Of a DNA stretch of 64,000 bases, positions 1-14,703 are shown one piece after another (position 1 is the stretch's first letter; each line of letters begins with the position of its first letter). Source of the DNA: Trichinella spiralis. Its lineage: Eukaryota. The DNA lies in assembly GCF_000181795.1 (NCBI RefSeq), contig NW_003526941.1, positions 5,002,035 through 5,066,034 on the forward strand, in the 5' to 3' direction. A model generated the notes under the pieces. That model did no database searches. It was not told the origin of the DNA and saw nothing but the letters and a program-made list of their open reading frames with translations. A program made the position numbers and the translations under genes.

Positions 1-314
1 GAAAGGTTTAACACACGGGTCCCCCACCGCATAAAAAAGTAGTAATTCGGTGGATGGAAATTTACAAAATTTAAATTATTACAATTTACCACATTTATAA
101 ACAGTGTCTCCATTCCTTCCCCCTTGCCCAAATTTAAGCCCTTCGCCCCCGTGCGCGGTCGCTGTTTTTCATTTTGCTCCTTTACACACACCTGAGCGTA
201 AAGGTGAGATAAAAGGCCCGCCAGCCACATGTCCATACATGATTTTTCTTTTTTCTCCATCCATTTTGTACACATTTGGCGTTAGATGACGACTATTTTT
301 TTTCATAACCTTTG

Positions 315-3284
315 CCCAAACTCTGTTCTTCTTAATTATCATAACGTTTTTGCGTATATTAGTTGCTGAACATTCAGCGGTTTTTCTTAATTTATCGCAT
401 CCCACGGAAGATTTTGACGTCAACAATCGATAACTTCGTATTATCAAAGGTTTGCCATCCGGTCCAATTTTAGGCAACGCAGTTTTCAACAAAGCAACCT
501 TTTTAAATAATAGAGGTTGATTTCCAGAGGTTTTTAACACTGCATTACCACCACCCTTAGCATGAGCAGTCACTTCCTCTGCAGACACTTGCACCTTTTC
601 CACCAAAACTGCTTCTGATGAAATTCCCAATGCATTTTGCTCCTTGTCTGAAATGTTGACTTCTGTTCTCAAATCACCATTAACATCAGATGAATTGCCG
701 TTTACTGTCGAAGCAAATTCATTTCTATCACAAACTGCAGCCGCTTCTAAAAAAAGGTAATCAACAAAAATAACAAAATGAGAATATATAAACGTTCTGC
801 TGAAGAAGTTTCTGCTGATGGAAAAGACTTACTTGGTGAAGGTAGCAAAGTTTCTACTTCTTTGGGCTCATTTTCATCGGTATTCATTTTGCTCGTCTCT
901 TTGTTGGTTTCGTTGACAGCATTTGTGAATAGTGTATTACTGCATATATATTCCTCATCATCACCTGTCAAGTCAATTACAATGTTTTTCTCAGAATCTG
1001 ATGCTGAAGCACTTTCAGAATAAGAACTAAGATCAATTATTTCTAAAGTGCTGAAAGAAGATGAACCTGATAAAGATTGGACAGCTGCAACAGGCTCAGA
1101 ATTGCCCTCATTTATCATTGAAGAGGATGCAGCATCTGAGGTTAAACATTCCACTATTGATGTACTATGTTGCAATGGAGCAGGTTCAGACTGTGCATCT
1201 ATCGATGGTAAAGTTTCTGGAACAGATGCTTGTTCATTTACAATGTCTAATTTTTCAGATTCTTTAAAAACTGAATCATTTTCAAGAACCGTCTCAAACT
1301 CCATTGCTGATTCCAAAACAGTGTTAGAAGAGTCTGTGTTTTGTGGACTTTCTGTTGACAATAAAACTGAATTCTTGTCTTTCTGAATAATGCTTTCAGA
1401 ATACTCAGATTGCTGAGAAATTTCACAATTAGCAGAAGAATCTACATTACATGGCAAAGGTGGCTGCTCTAACTTTTCGGGTAACTCATTTTGTAATGCT
1501 GAATCAGTATTTGATGGAAGCAGATCCGGAGAAACAATGCACTCACTAGCTCGTGACTCATTTTCAGTAACTCTATTGTTATCAGAAATATCTTCCAAAG
1601 GACTGACAGCGGAATCTGACTTTCCCACTTCCAGTATTTCCGTTGATAACGGTTTTGCAGAAGTTGGAATCGCCTTTTTATTTGAATTTTTACTTTTTCC
1701 CGCTTTCTTCTTCCTACGTTTCTTCTTCTTCATTTCCAGAGTTACATTCATTCTCGGTACAGCAGTAATTTTATCTTTTTCATTCTCAGAAGAAGAGTTC
1801 CCTTTACTACTGCTCTTTTGCGCAGACTGTCCAATTTCACGATTCTGTTTTCGAGTCATAATTGCATATTTAGTAGTCTTCAATGATTTCGCATTATCAG
1901 AAGCATTCTGGTGATCCAAATTATCAGCAGCTCTTTTGTTTTTAACCGGCTGCTTTAAATTCAGAATTTTCGCTCTCTTTCGCTCCAAACATGACGGTTC
2001 TTCTTCAGCATGCTGAGCAGTTTTCCGCTTCCCACCACTTTTTCGTAAATCATTAGATGACGCTACAGAATCAGAATTAGCGGTAACATCGGAAACAGTT
2101 GCTGTAATGCCATTTTTTTCATTAGTCAGCTCTTGAAATGAACTCGAAATGCCTAAGGTAACAATATGATAAATACAGTTAGTAATAAACTGTTATTATT
2201 AATAAAATAAATTTAACTCATAAGATTTGTAAAATTGCACGTTCAATTCAGCCCACATAAAAGAAATCTATTACAATGAATTACATGAATCATACTAACC
2301 TGATTATCATTTACCTTACAATAAACCCTGCATGAAAATCAATAAACGATTTTGAATAAGATTTTAAATGTCTCATTTTTTCATTATGCCCTCCTCCATA
2401 AGCTGTGATTTAATACTGTTTGAGAACAAATGTAATGAAACATCATAAAAATTACTTTACATTAACACTACAATTGGTATGGATAGAATTCTACTTCACG
2501 AAAGTTATTAACAAGTCAACCAATATTTTCATGAAATTGAAAATGATATGGTTAAATTCAAAAAAAAATTTTTCAGTTGAAGCCATTAATTAAAAAAAAT
2601 TAAATAAGTAATTAACTAAAAATTATTTAAAAGCTTACCACTAATGATGCACAAAAGATGAGCATTTTTTTCATCAAGATGCATTTCATCGCTGAAAGAA
2701 TTGTTCATCTTCATATTAGTGTGCAAGCAATCACGCAAATGTTCAGCTTGATGCAGTAAAGCATTGCGACACTTATCACTCACAAAAATATTATCAGTCA
2801 TATTTCCTTCTTCAGGTAATTCATTGTCAAGTTCTTCAGAGCACCTAAAATATGTATTTAATTTTCGAAGAATGTTACGTTAAGAGTTTATTCAAGCGGT
2901 TTCTATATCATATCATCTACCCTTTCAATATGGAATCAGCATGATGCATTTCAGATGATACGTCAGGTTTGAAAGGATTGCATGACGCAGGAATTCTAAA
3001 TTGAAAAGTAAAAGAAATTTTTTATATTTCTTAAATCTATCAACAAACTTTAACAGTCGGCCTAAATGGTAAAATATAAGAGATGAAAAGTCATTGAAGT
3101 GATTACGCTCAAGAAAACACAGTAGCAAAATTCGATATGCTCCCAATTCTAAAACAGAAAAGATTAGAATAAAAAACTTTCGCAAATATATCGCACCGTG
3201 CATGCGGATAGTAGAATTCTTTCCATCGGCAAGAATTTCAATTCTCTTGTGCAAATGCTTCAATGCAAGTTCCAATTTTTGCAT
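315..3284 (-). CDS. Uncharacterised Ser/Glu/Lys-rich low-complexity protein, multi-exon (copy A, 3' end missing/degraded)
   Basis: ATG 3284 (MQKLELALKHL), long exons ~770-2153 and ~315-745, KKKKRRKKK basic cluster; same gene as 38675-42184. Exon structure approximate. Confidence 0.65.
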
Positions 3285-4978
3285 TTTTTGAAAATAAATA
3301 GATATAAATGTACAACAAAATGTTTGCTTCACAGAAACATAACACTCACAACAACATAAAGTACAACAATAATTGGAACTGACTGAACGTATACTGTAGT
3401 TGCACGTTCAAGTACTTACCTGCTTATCTTTATAATGATGTGACAGAAATAATTACTTACTTAATAATCATATAAACATAATGAAACCACTTTAAAATTT
3501 TTTATTAATTTTTATAACTTAATACCATCATCAAGAAAATTTAGTTGATGGAAATTTCTTAATCAGATTGCACATAGACAAATTGTCTATATGTAATAAA
3601 ACCAAATTTTAATAACTGGAAATATTAACTTGTGAATTCAAATTATCAAATAGATAGGATTTATTATGTTGACTATCATTAAAAAAAATTATTAGATTTT
3701 ACGAGACATTTATGCTGTTTAAAATTATGCAACATACATGTGAATCTGCTTCTGATAACCAAAATATGAGCAAACGCTGCAATTTTCATATTCATTTATT
3801 ACTCATTTAATATAAATGCATACATTCATTTTAGTACACTTACTTTGATTTAAATCTAATAATCAGTCATACTGGCAAAAGTTAATCGTAAATTTAAAAA
3901 AGCATTACAAAATTTTTCATGAAATGCAAAATGCATAGAATAAAAATCAAGTATGTTTGCAGCATAAAATAGTTTATGTTTTAAAGATTAAATAATATAA
4001 ATCTTACTGATTAGAACAATATTTTAAGTAGATAAATGCAAATAATAATTTAATAAAAAATTAGGACTTAATTTTAAATTAATTTATAAACCTAAACTCA
4101 TGTTACTAATTATACGGTAATGATGATAAAGTATGATTTGCTACAGTAAAATAAATTAATACTTGAACGCCAAATTATCAATGAAAATTTTCGTGAAATT
4201 ATTTTTCAGTAAAAAACAGAAAATTTCTTCAAAATACTCATTTAATACTTTTACATGTTAAACTCTTTTATTCTGAAATTGCAGTTTATCATATAATCTG
4301 GAAATGGTTTACACGTTGTTGGTCGATGCTAGTTTTTGATTGGTCGTTAATTCTAGCTACGATATTGGTTATTTTAAATTGATAGTCGATTGGTATATAG
4401 TTGATTACTACATGTTTGCATAACATGGCCTAAAACAAGGTAACTGATTAATTAATAAAAACATTTATTTATACAACGAATATCGACCCCGACTAGGCAG
4501 CTAAGCGCACAATAATGGTCGGGTAGATTCTATATACATTTAGTAAACAACTGTCCACCAATCATGGAGTAAAGAAAATAGTCAACAAAATAGTGGAAAC
4601 CAACGACATATCAGATTGTAGTAGCAAGCATCTGTCGCAAACCCCTCGTGACTAGCTTTCATGTGACTGCCAAGTATAACTTTTATCTTATTACTTATTT
4701 GCAGTAGGAATAACGGAATAACATCGACCATAGTGCATTCGCCTATTGATACAAAATGAATAGCGTAAGTTTATAAAAATTAATTTTATTATTGCATTGC
4801 TGCAAATCGTAAACTGTTTAAGACGTATTCATTTTATTTCCTATTCATTTCATTAAATCAGTGAATTTTATGGATAGCTGCTAATTATCATCATTCAGTA
4901 CTGTTTTCGAAAGATAATGATAGAAATGTAAACAATTACTTCAAATTTAATAAGGGTGTAAAGTGAATCATTAAAAGT

Positions 4979-6039
4979 TTAACTGTTTTCTGAATGATAA
5001 ATCACACTATCCGTTATTTCTTTTTCTAAATGGTCGACGTTTGAAAAAACTTTAACCATGCTTTTATCAGCACTCAATGAAGTACCGCCTACGCTTTTCA
5101 GAAACCAACGACGGTCTTTCCTGCACATAACTGCTTCTCCATCTCCCTAAACACAATTACTTGTACATCATAAATCAGAATGCAGCTCAAATGCTTTATA
5201 ACGCATAGCTAAAGTGACAGCAGATGGCTGTTTAAATTTCAATTTGTAAAGAAAGAACTTTCCATGAGTTGTAATTCAGAATCATTTCCCGCCATTTCTT
5301 CAGTGCAAATTGTTTTTGCGCCGCTTTGCGATTCTTCACATTTTCCAATTGGCCAACGTTTGACTGAAATGGCCTTTTTACGATCTAAAAGTTGCTATGC
5401 ATAAGGAATTCAACAGTGAATTTAAACAAGATCCCACTTTTCCATAGAACTCTTCTAATAAAAATACAGTCATCCATGAAATCAGCTATTGAATTGATCA
5501 TGCTTGAAAAACAAATTGGCCATGTTCTTCGGCTAAATTGAATCGGGCTTTGCAAAAATAATAAAGCTATATCGTGATCCATTCCTTTGAATGATTTGGC
5601 CATTGTCGTAAAAAATGCTACATTAACTGTTTCATTGTTTACTGGATTGAAAATATGAAAGCGAATGCAGTTCGTTTCCCTAAATATTCAATATGTGAAA
5701 GGTTTTACAAGAAAGAAATCTGCATGCACTTGAAAAGACAACTAGCCGTGGTAAGTATGACATCTGAATGGGCATTTTCTTTATTAGAGATTACCAAGAA
5801 ACCTAGGCATGTAATTCGCTGATAACCAAAGTATTTGCCTTGACAATATCCTTTTACTTCTATTGACCAAGGCATATACTCTTCGGGTAAGATTGTTTGG
5901 TTATTTGAGGAATTTAAAAAATCCTGAACTACTGATTTCCCCACATTCTTTTGACATATCTCGACCAATTACAAAGAATACTGATGGTCTACTGGGGCAA
6001 ATATTTTCCAGCCATCTAAATGACTACTATGACATAAAA
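4979..6039 (-). CDS. Secreted trypsin-fold (S1) serine protease homologue, likely inactive (copy A, 5' end in gap)
   Basis: Motifs MPWS, CLGFLV, VILTTASCL, DHDIALLFLQSPIQFS..WPICF, GDGEAVMC..RWFL; stop TAA at 4979-4981. Confidence 0.7.
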
Positions 6040-7585
6040 NNNNNNNNNNNNNNNNNNNNNNNNNNNNNNNNNNNNNNNNNNNNNNNNNNNNNNNNNNNNN
6101 NNNNNNNNNNNNNNNNNNNNNNNNNNNNNNNNNNNNNNNNNNNNNNNNNNNNNNNNNNNNNNNNNNNNNNNNGGAATACTAAATCCGTCATTTTAGATCG
6201 AAGCATACTTTTACAAAATATATATTTCCATAAAGGCAGGTGAAGATGGTATGTAAGTATTATTTTATTTTCTTTTCATTAAAAATACTTCGAATAATTA
6301 ACAGTGAAACATTATTGTAAATTTGCAATACAGAATAATGATATTGAAACTTATTGTGCAAATGATCATCGTCATCAAAGTGCTACAATAAATAAAACAC
6401 AATTTCACTTAAATGATTGTTTTGAAATATGCATTATTACATAGCATTAACACATAACTACATGGAAGCAAGAACAAATAAAACAAAAATAAGCAGCTAT
6501 ACAGACTAGTTTCAGTATTACCCGAATGTCTCCACAAGATTTTCGACCATGTAGTGTATTTTGAAAGTGTAACAATATTCACTTTCAATAATTTAAAGCA
6601 TGCAACAATAACATCTGAATTATGCAATAATAAATGACAGTAAAACTCCTACACAACTACTATTCAAGTGACTGGCAAGCGGGCTTGATGTTTGAATTGG
6701 CAAAGTGCCGGCAGCTCTGCTGTAAATATGACCGAAGACAACAAACCTGCCTCATTCGAACTGCTGCTCAACATTTGTCTGCCTTATTATTCGTTAATAA
6801 ACTGAAACTTTTAGTGTTAGTAGGCAGTTACCTCTGATAAATTTAATAAATCAAATACACTTCAGTATTTCAATATCATTCCATTTCTTAACATACAAAA
6901 AGTGATTTTCACGTTTTGAATCAAGTTCTCCTAATATGCATTCAAAAAATCAAAATTTTTCCATAAAAATACTTAAATGTTTTAATTTTATTTATTATAT
7001 GCAATTCTCTTCGCAAACCATTCAAGTATAAATGAATTAACTGAAGTATCAATTAAGATTGCAAATCTGCCAAAGAAATTTCTATATTCAATTATAAATC
7101 ATCAAATAACTTTTATTAAAGTAATTTTAATAATTCTTAAAAATGAATTTAACTTTATGTTCAATATTTTAAGTAATGTTTTCTTATATAACATCAAGAA
7201 AATTTTTTTTAAACCTGAATATATTTTAAATACCGTACGCTCCATTTTGTTTTTATCGCTCTACAAGTTTAGCGACTGTTATTCAATAAGTAGTAGGACA
7301 GTTTGTCGCTCAGTTGCTTACTTCAGCAAAGTATGTAGCTAGAGGTATATAAATATTTAATATTTTCATCGTCATCTCTTTGTGATTTTTTATTGAAAAT
7401 TTCTTGTGCTGCTCAATTATTGCTGCATGCAGTTTTCAACAGGCTAGTGTGTTTTTATTTTAGTTGTTGTTCATTTGATTGAAATATAATTTTCTGTAAA
7501 TTTCAACGAACATTTCGTGATTATTCTCAACCTGATTTTCATTTTTTAACGGTTGCGTGGAAACCAATTTGTCTGTTAATTTGCC

Positions 7586-9781
7586 ATGATGAATATAAGC
7601 TTTTCAGACGTGATGATTGATCTCAACGAATGTGTGGACCTAAATGCTGAGGGAGTGGATATAAAAAATAACAATCGCATACAAGACAAGCAGATGGTCA
7701 GTTGTATGACTGAAAGTGGTACGTCAGAAATGGTGACGCATGGTCAACGTGGTTGCGCATTAGATTCCGCACGACGATTTACCGAAGCATTCGATGAATG
7801 TGATTCGAGCTGCTCAGTACGAAGAAGTTCTAGCATTGAAGACGAAGAGAAATCTGCTTTTTCTCATGCTTCTAGTCTCGAGAGTGCTCCACACACTGAT
7901 TTACCTTCAGATAGAATTGCATCAGACGGAGGAGAGGTATTTGATGGTGATAGTTCGTCGCTTGGAAGCAGCATCTCTTGCAGTGAAGGTAGCTTTATTC
8001 TCACAAATGGTGATGACGCGTCTGCTACTGCTAATCAATGCTTTCATGAAGAGCCCGAATTAGCTGCCGTCAATTGTCGGCACATAGAAGAAGCGAAAGA
8101 TTTGGGTCAATGTTTGTCGAGCATTTGTAATGATCTAAATTCTATAGACACTCTTTTACCTGTGGTTGATTTTGAGAAACTTGAAAAGGATTGGGTACAG
8201 GCAGCTAAAGATGTAAATACAAATCAGCGACGTAAAGTAAATTTTTCTGATAATTTCCAACTCTCCTGTCTTTATAAGTCAATATTAATTAAGATAATGA
8301 GTGAAGAAGTACGTCGTCGTTTAGCAATGGAAGAGCCCCGATGAGCCCTTATTGGGTGTCATTCTAAAACGCCAGGTTCCATCGTTTTTACACTGAGCTC
8401 TATATTGNNNNNNNNNNNNNNNNNNNNNNNNNNNNNNNNNNNNNNNNNNNNNNNNNNNNNNNNNNNNNNNNNNNNNNNNNNNNNNNNNNNNNNNNNNNNN
8501 NNNNNNNNNNNNNNNNNNNNNNNNNNNNNNNNNNNNNNNNNNNNNNNNNNNNNNNNNNNNNNNNNNNNNNNNNNNNNNNNNNNNNNNNNNNNNNNNNNNN
8601 NNNNNNNTGAAGCTGTAATTTTCATCTGATGAGACTGGTCGTAACTAAAAGAAAAGAAGTATACTAAGCACGATAGCCTTTGTGAGCACGTTCGAACTGA
8701 TATATGAAATAGCTGACGAAATGATCAGCGCATAGATGACGCATGCGGTCATTGGTTTATCATAACATTTTTTTTATCGTTTTAACGCAGGATAGAACTC
8801 ACGACCTTTTTGGGTTGTAGAAATTTGAGAAGTTTTCTTCAATTTAGGTGTGCTTTATTAATGACGACATGCTGTGTGAAGAAAATGATGGAGACGATAA
8901 AGTTGTTGACGACGGTGTTATTCCGAAAAGCGTTTCTGAACCAAATTTTACCTCAGCACAGTTTTTTGATGTAATATCGTTTTGTTGTAATAATACAGGA
9001 TAAAAGACGTGGGATTATTATTTTGCAGGTTGACGTCAACAATCTTCAACAAGCAGATTCGGAGACTGGAGAATTGTCAAGTCAGCTGAGTGCTTCTGAA
9101 CTGAGAAGGAAAAGTTGCGCGGAACAGGAAAACGGAACCTTCATGGCAAGGCAGAAGAGGCTGGAATTTGAGGCGACCATGCTATTCATGAAAGCCAAGG
9201 AAACTGCTCGCATGCAAATGGAAGTAGAAAGACAAGCAAGGCAGAAAAATTCTCTCATAGACAATTTGGTAAATTGCATAAATCATATTCATTTTTTCCT
9301 TTTCTATTTTTTCACTCAAATCGAACTTTTTATTACGTTCAGATTGGATTTCCGATAAGCTGTCAGAAAAAACTCAGTCGATCGCAGCTGACAGCCATGT
9401 CAACCACGCGTCTACAAATTATTCTCAATGACATTCATTCAAAAATTAATGGTATAATTTGTTTGAAAAGATTTTTTTCATTATTCCACTAGAAGAAATA
9501 TGTTGTCTTTTTTTCTTCAGCACTTAATGAAGAATTGGTGCAACTGCTGATGCAAAGGGACAGTTTGCACATGGAACAAGATTCAATGCTGGTTGATATT
9601 GCTGATTTTCTACAGTAAGAAGAGTTCGCGTGTTTCGTTGAGTGGTAATTTGTGGGTGAATAAAATTTGAAATTTAAGGCACCAATGCAATCAGAAATCT
9701 CTGCTGACTGGTGAAAGCTGCACTGAAAGCAAATCCAAAGGGAAAAAATACAATCGGCTGTTGAAAATGTTTCGAAGGTAG
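7586..9781 (+). CDS. SCHIP1: Schwannomin-interacting protein 1 homologue (copy A, gap and frameshift noise at ~8335-8800)
   Basis: [36 protein letters not shown] and [26 protein letters not shown] match the SCHIP-1 C-terminal domain; GT-AG introns; TAG 9779-9781. Confidence 0.8.
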
Positions 9782-10665
9782 AGATGTAGAGATTAGTTTC
9801 GAATTTGTTGAATTTTATTCTATTCTATTCCATTTCATAAATTGTTCACAAATTTGTTCCCTGCTCAATTGTATGCATCATCCGCTTTCTGTTTCATTTT
9901 TTTTTGTTTTCTATTTTCGCTTATATGAAGTGCTTTTTCAAAAATCGCTGCCTTTAGAGAAGAAAAATTACTATGACTTTTGTGAATTGGCTGAATTTAT
10001 ACTCTTTGAATTATGTACCATTGTTAGTTACTTTTTATTCCAATGCTAGCGATAAGACGAAATGAAAGAAATTCAAAATGCTTTGTTTAGTTTTATAATT
10101 AAATGGAATAACAGAAAAAAAATGTTTTTCTTAATTTTTTGGGGGAGAAAAGATTATTTGAATGGAAAATGTTGGACAAGAAATTGTATTTTCATAATTT
10201 TATTTTAATACACGCCTGTCGTCGAATCTCTGCTTATTACGCTTATTCCGTCGTTGTGGATATAGATAATATGTATGATGGGGAATTTCAAAATCAACCA
10301 ACCACAAATGATTCTTACTTTTTACTTGTACTGTAATGTTTTTGAACTGTATTCATAGAGTTCCAGCAATTATCTGACTGAAATTGATTACAATGTATTT
10401 TAGTAATGTATAATGAAATAAAATAACAAGAAAATTGGAAAAGCGAAGCGTGTGCTTTTCATAAATTTCATTTTCCAATTGAAAGAGATCAAAATGAAAA
10501 CTGTATATAATTATATGATCAGTTTGCGTTTTAATTTTCTTTTCATCAATTTCATTTTATTGATTAAAAATAGTTTTTCTTAAAAATTTATTCCATATAA
10601 TTCATAAATAATAATAATAATCATAAAAAATTGGATACTCAATAAAAAGAAAATACATGCTTTTA

Positions 10666-11572
10666 TTATGCACCACAAGACATGGCTGTTCGGTTATGGG
10701 CATTTCGAATTACTACGCCAGTTGCAGATTCATTGTTCAAATGTCTGTCGTAATAAGATTCTCGATTTCCTGTTAAGCGAATCTGAAAAATAATTAAATT
10801 GTTCACTGAATTCCATTGAAATTGGATAAAGTATAATAATTTTTTACCAGTGCATTTTGACTAGTCATAATTGTAATTTCTATTTGGGGATAAGTTTCAG
10901 TTTGATTGACGTTGCACTGTGTTTCGAAATAGCCTTGAAATTTACTGCCTTCAGTTTCCCATACGGTCCAATGAACCTGAAAGTTTCCAATAAAATTGTT
11001 GTAATATTTAAAAATTAAAAACAACATTTGCTTTTACCAAATTTTTTTCCGCAGTCACGAGAAAGACAACTTTTTGTTTGTCGGTTGTAATTTCAATATC
11101 GACATAATTCGATTCAGGTGTCAGTTGGATGCACATAATTTTATGATCCACAGGCTTGAGCATGAAGCTTATTGGAACTGTCTAGAATATTTAATAATTT
11201 AAAAGAAAATATATCAACGAGAATTTTTGAAAATTTTCTACTACCGTAGGAGTGTGACGATCGTTTGATTTTTTCATCTCAACATTATCCGTTTCCAATT
11301 CAACTGTCGTAATCGTTGTATCCGGTTCAATTGTTGTTGTCTCAGTTTCATTGTTCAGCGTTGTAAGCATATCATTTGTCTGAATCAATTTAATTAATGA
11401 GTGAACAATTACGAACGACTGTCATTTTTGCACATTTGTAAAACAAAATGCCCATTACACTTACGGTAGTGATGTTTGTTTCAACAGTCTGTTCACAGTA
11501 TGGCATTTGAAGGCAAAGAAGGATAATTAATAAATGATTGAAAAAATGATGCGCGTTCAATTGATAATTCAT
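10666..11572 (-). CDS. Putative secreted Thr-rich (mucin-like stalk) orphan protein, ~5 exons (copy A)
   Basis: ATG 11572, hydrophobic LLIILLCLQ signal-like segment, TTLNNETETTTIEPDTTITT, further spliced exons ending RNAHNRTAMSCGA* (TAA 10666-10668). Confidence 0.6.
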
Positions 11573-14500
11573 TTTTAACAACAATAACAGCTTACGCTTT
11601 CTTCTCTCCGAACTGAAAATTTCCAATCATGACTAAATTTTATACCATCCACTCACCTGCTGTTGAATACTTCAGCGTGCCAAATAGCACTTTAGTCACG
11701 ATACAGTTGGAGCAAAATAAAATTTGTAACGTTTAAAATATGCAAATTTCTACCACGTCACGCATAATGTTGTTGACCGGCTGTGCAATGCTGATTCTAT
11801 ACCAAAGAAAGCATTGTTGTCGATTGATATTTGAAAGAGAAGAATATTTTTAAAAAAAAGAAAAAAAGAATACTGCAGCATTATTTGTAATTTTTGACAA
11901 AATGATTCATGTGATGTGTTGATCAGCGCTTGTAAACTTTTCTGATACAAAGGGCACTTGCATCATTTGAATTGCTCAAAATGTCAGTAAATGTTAAAAA
12001 AAACAATTAATTATTATTCAAAAGTAATTATTATTCAACGTATTAAAGTCAAATGAAATGAAATGCAAGCATTTATAAATTTATTTACTATATTTTGTTT
12101 TTTTGCACGTAACTTTAAAGTAAACTGTTCATTGTCATTATTTATATGTTCATTCAGCAGAAATGAGCAATCGTCGATGATTAATTCGTCGATGTTTCCA
12201 CTTTACACTTATTGTATATAATATAATCTGTTGCATGATAAAATACTGTTTTTTTTGAAAAATGAAATTGTATAATTTCAAATTACTGTAGCCGTATTTG
12301 TTGTTCAGTTCAATGTATCATTTTTTTGCGAACAGTTCAATTCAGGTCAACTAGTACCTGATTAGGTGCAACCTAGTGATAAAAAGTAAACAAAAATCTG
12401 TTGACGTGACAATGATTAAAAATCAAATCTGTATCAAAGGAAAAATTTATTCGAATATTATTCATAAAAATCGTAATTTCACAAGCTACTATTGGACAAG
12501 TTGTCAACACTTCAGTAAAGATGCAGTTGAACAATTCATTATGATAACAATTTTGTTTAATAATTCTGAATAATAATAATAATCATTAAATATGAAATAT
12601 TAACGTGAAAAAAATCGTGAACTTTTTACCTGACACACCTTATCTAGAAATTGTTATAAAAATTCGACCACAAGCGTGCAGCAAAAGTCCAATTTGTCGA
12701 TTATCAGCGTCAAGTGAAATAAGATGGAGTTATGGAAATTTCAAAAGTAACGCTGATTTAATTTGTACAAAAATTATAAATCAAAATCAAACATTTTGAA
12801 ATGTAAATAATAATACATTGAACATGTTTTGATTTTTATTCAATCTTCATTTTTACGTCGATGATACCGTGTGATTTGTTTATTGAATATTTATATTTAT
12901 TGAATTTCTTTTTTTTATTACATCAACTTTTATTTATATGAATATTCGAAATTAAAAAAACAAACAAACAATTATAATTGATATTTTCCATTTTTTTCTG
13001 AATTACACAATTTTGCATACGTAAATGATTAATTTCTCATGCAAGTTTTGATTCGATTTTTACATCGCCGACGAACAACTGGCCAACCTCATCAGAACAA
13101 TCGACAAACTTGATCAAAGTTTAATTAAACAAAAACTTGAACAGATAACAAACAAGACGACGAAAGAAAGTGGGATTTATTCAAAAACATCTTCCAAATT
13201 ATGCAAAATTATGATCAAATCGAATTCAAACATTCTGTGCCGTGAAATTGTTCAATTTTTAAGCATTATACAGTATTTTAAATTGGTTACTTGAACTTCT
13301 TGAATACTTAAAGTTGAACTAAATTAGCTGTCAAAAATTGGATTTCAGATCAATAATACAAATTTTGAAATGTAAAAATTTCAACTTATTCGACTTTTTT
13401 AATCATAAAAGAATCAAATAATTGTAATTATCCAATTTATTGGATAATGTGTTTTCTCGTTGTATGAAATTGCAATATTTAAATTGTCAAATAAAATTAA
13501 AAAAAAAGTATTATATGAAATGAATAAAATTCTTCAAATTACGTACAAATTATACGATTCGATTCTTTTACTGAAAAAGAAACGGATAATTAATTATTAA
13601 GCAGCTATTCATAGCAGGCATTCGTCATGAAGCAACAGAATGATAAGCTATTTTTAACAATTCACTGCCGAGTTTTCCTCGCTCAGACTCGCAGAGATGC
13701 ACACAAACGTTACGTATACGAATAAACTGGTGATGGAAAAATTCAATAAATTTCTTGTTATTTTGCGTTGTCGATGTCATTGGTGAGAAGCGAATGATTT
13801 CACTTGTTTGCAATGCATTTAAATGACGAACGTTTTAAAGAAATGCAGTATTGTTTTTACAGAAAAAAAAATGTAAGAATACAAGTTTATTATTTTCGAT
13901 TTGAAAATTATTTATTAAAATATATGCAAAAATTAGTTGGAATTTATTCAATCGATCAATTTTACAATTTCAATTCGAAGCGTACGCTATTCAGAGATTT
14001 TGCCGTTGAAATGGCCAATTCCAGTGGAAAATTGGGTTCACCGCTTGCCCCAGGTATATAATACAGGGTGAATCATTTCTACTGTAATCAATGTTTCCTG
14101 AATTGATTATACTGATTGTCACAATTACATTGACGAAGCGAACAGCGTGGGCATGCTTCAACCCCCTTCATACACAATAATGATAGTCGTGCTTGTTTTC
14201 TTTGCTTTTACCTGTCAGTGCCACTGGTAGGTGATGCCATGAGTGTCCCATGCATGTATGCATCCATCCGTCCATCCATCCATCTATTCACCAACGTATG
14301 CTGAAACATATATATATACACACACACACACGCATCTTTCTCTATACACGTTAAATTAAATAAACTGGTTTCACTGAATCATCAACGTTAACAATATTAT
14401 GCGTAATTTCTTCTCAACGTCAGTTACGAAGCATACTCGTATGTCAGACGCACATATGCATATACACGGACATACGTATGCTTTCAAATTATCTACATTC

Positions 14501-14703
14501 GAATCGGTTGTTTCATCTCGCTTTGCCATCTATTCAATGGTGAAATTTTTACGCTCATTCACCATCGCTGTTTCGCGTTTTCAGGTGATTTGTTTCAATT
14601 ATAAAATTCGTATATTTCCATTTTTCAGTTCCAAAAATCTCTCTCTCTCCTCCACCTCTTCTTCAACTTTAAAACTATATCACAAAGTTAACAAAGTGAC
14701 AAA

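Noticed and set aside
1..315. Apparently novel C-terminus of ORF 169-672 and ORF 104-289
   Set aside because: Noisy, indel-rich version of ~38900-39215; looks like low-quality contig-end sequence.
8335..8800. Frameshift/stop suggesting a SCHIP1 pseudogene in copy A
   Set aside because: Differences cluster at the edges of N-gap 8408-8607; copy B is intact.
12343..12376. Two small adjacent inverted repeats (TCAGGT/ACCTGA, TAGGT/ACCTA)
   Set aside because: Stems of 5-6 bp are expected by chance.
13427..13448. Perfect 9-bp inverted repeat ATTATCCAA-TTTA-TTGGATAAT
   Set aside because: Short and AT-rich, with no other supporting signal.
14262..14331. (CATC)n, (TA)n and (CA)n microsatellites
   Set aside because: Ordinary simple repeats; length differences between copies only support allelic variation.
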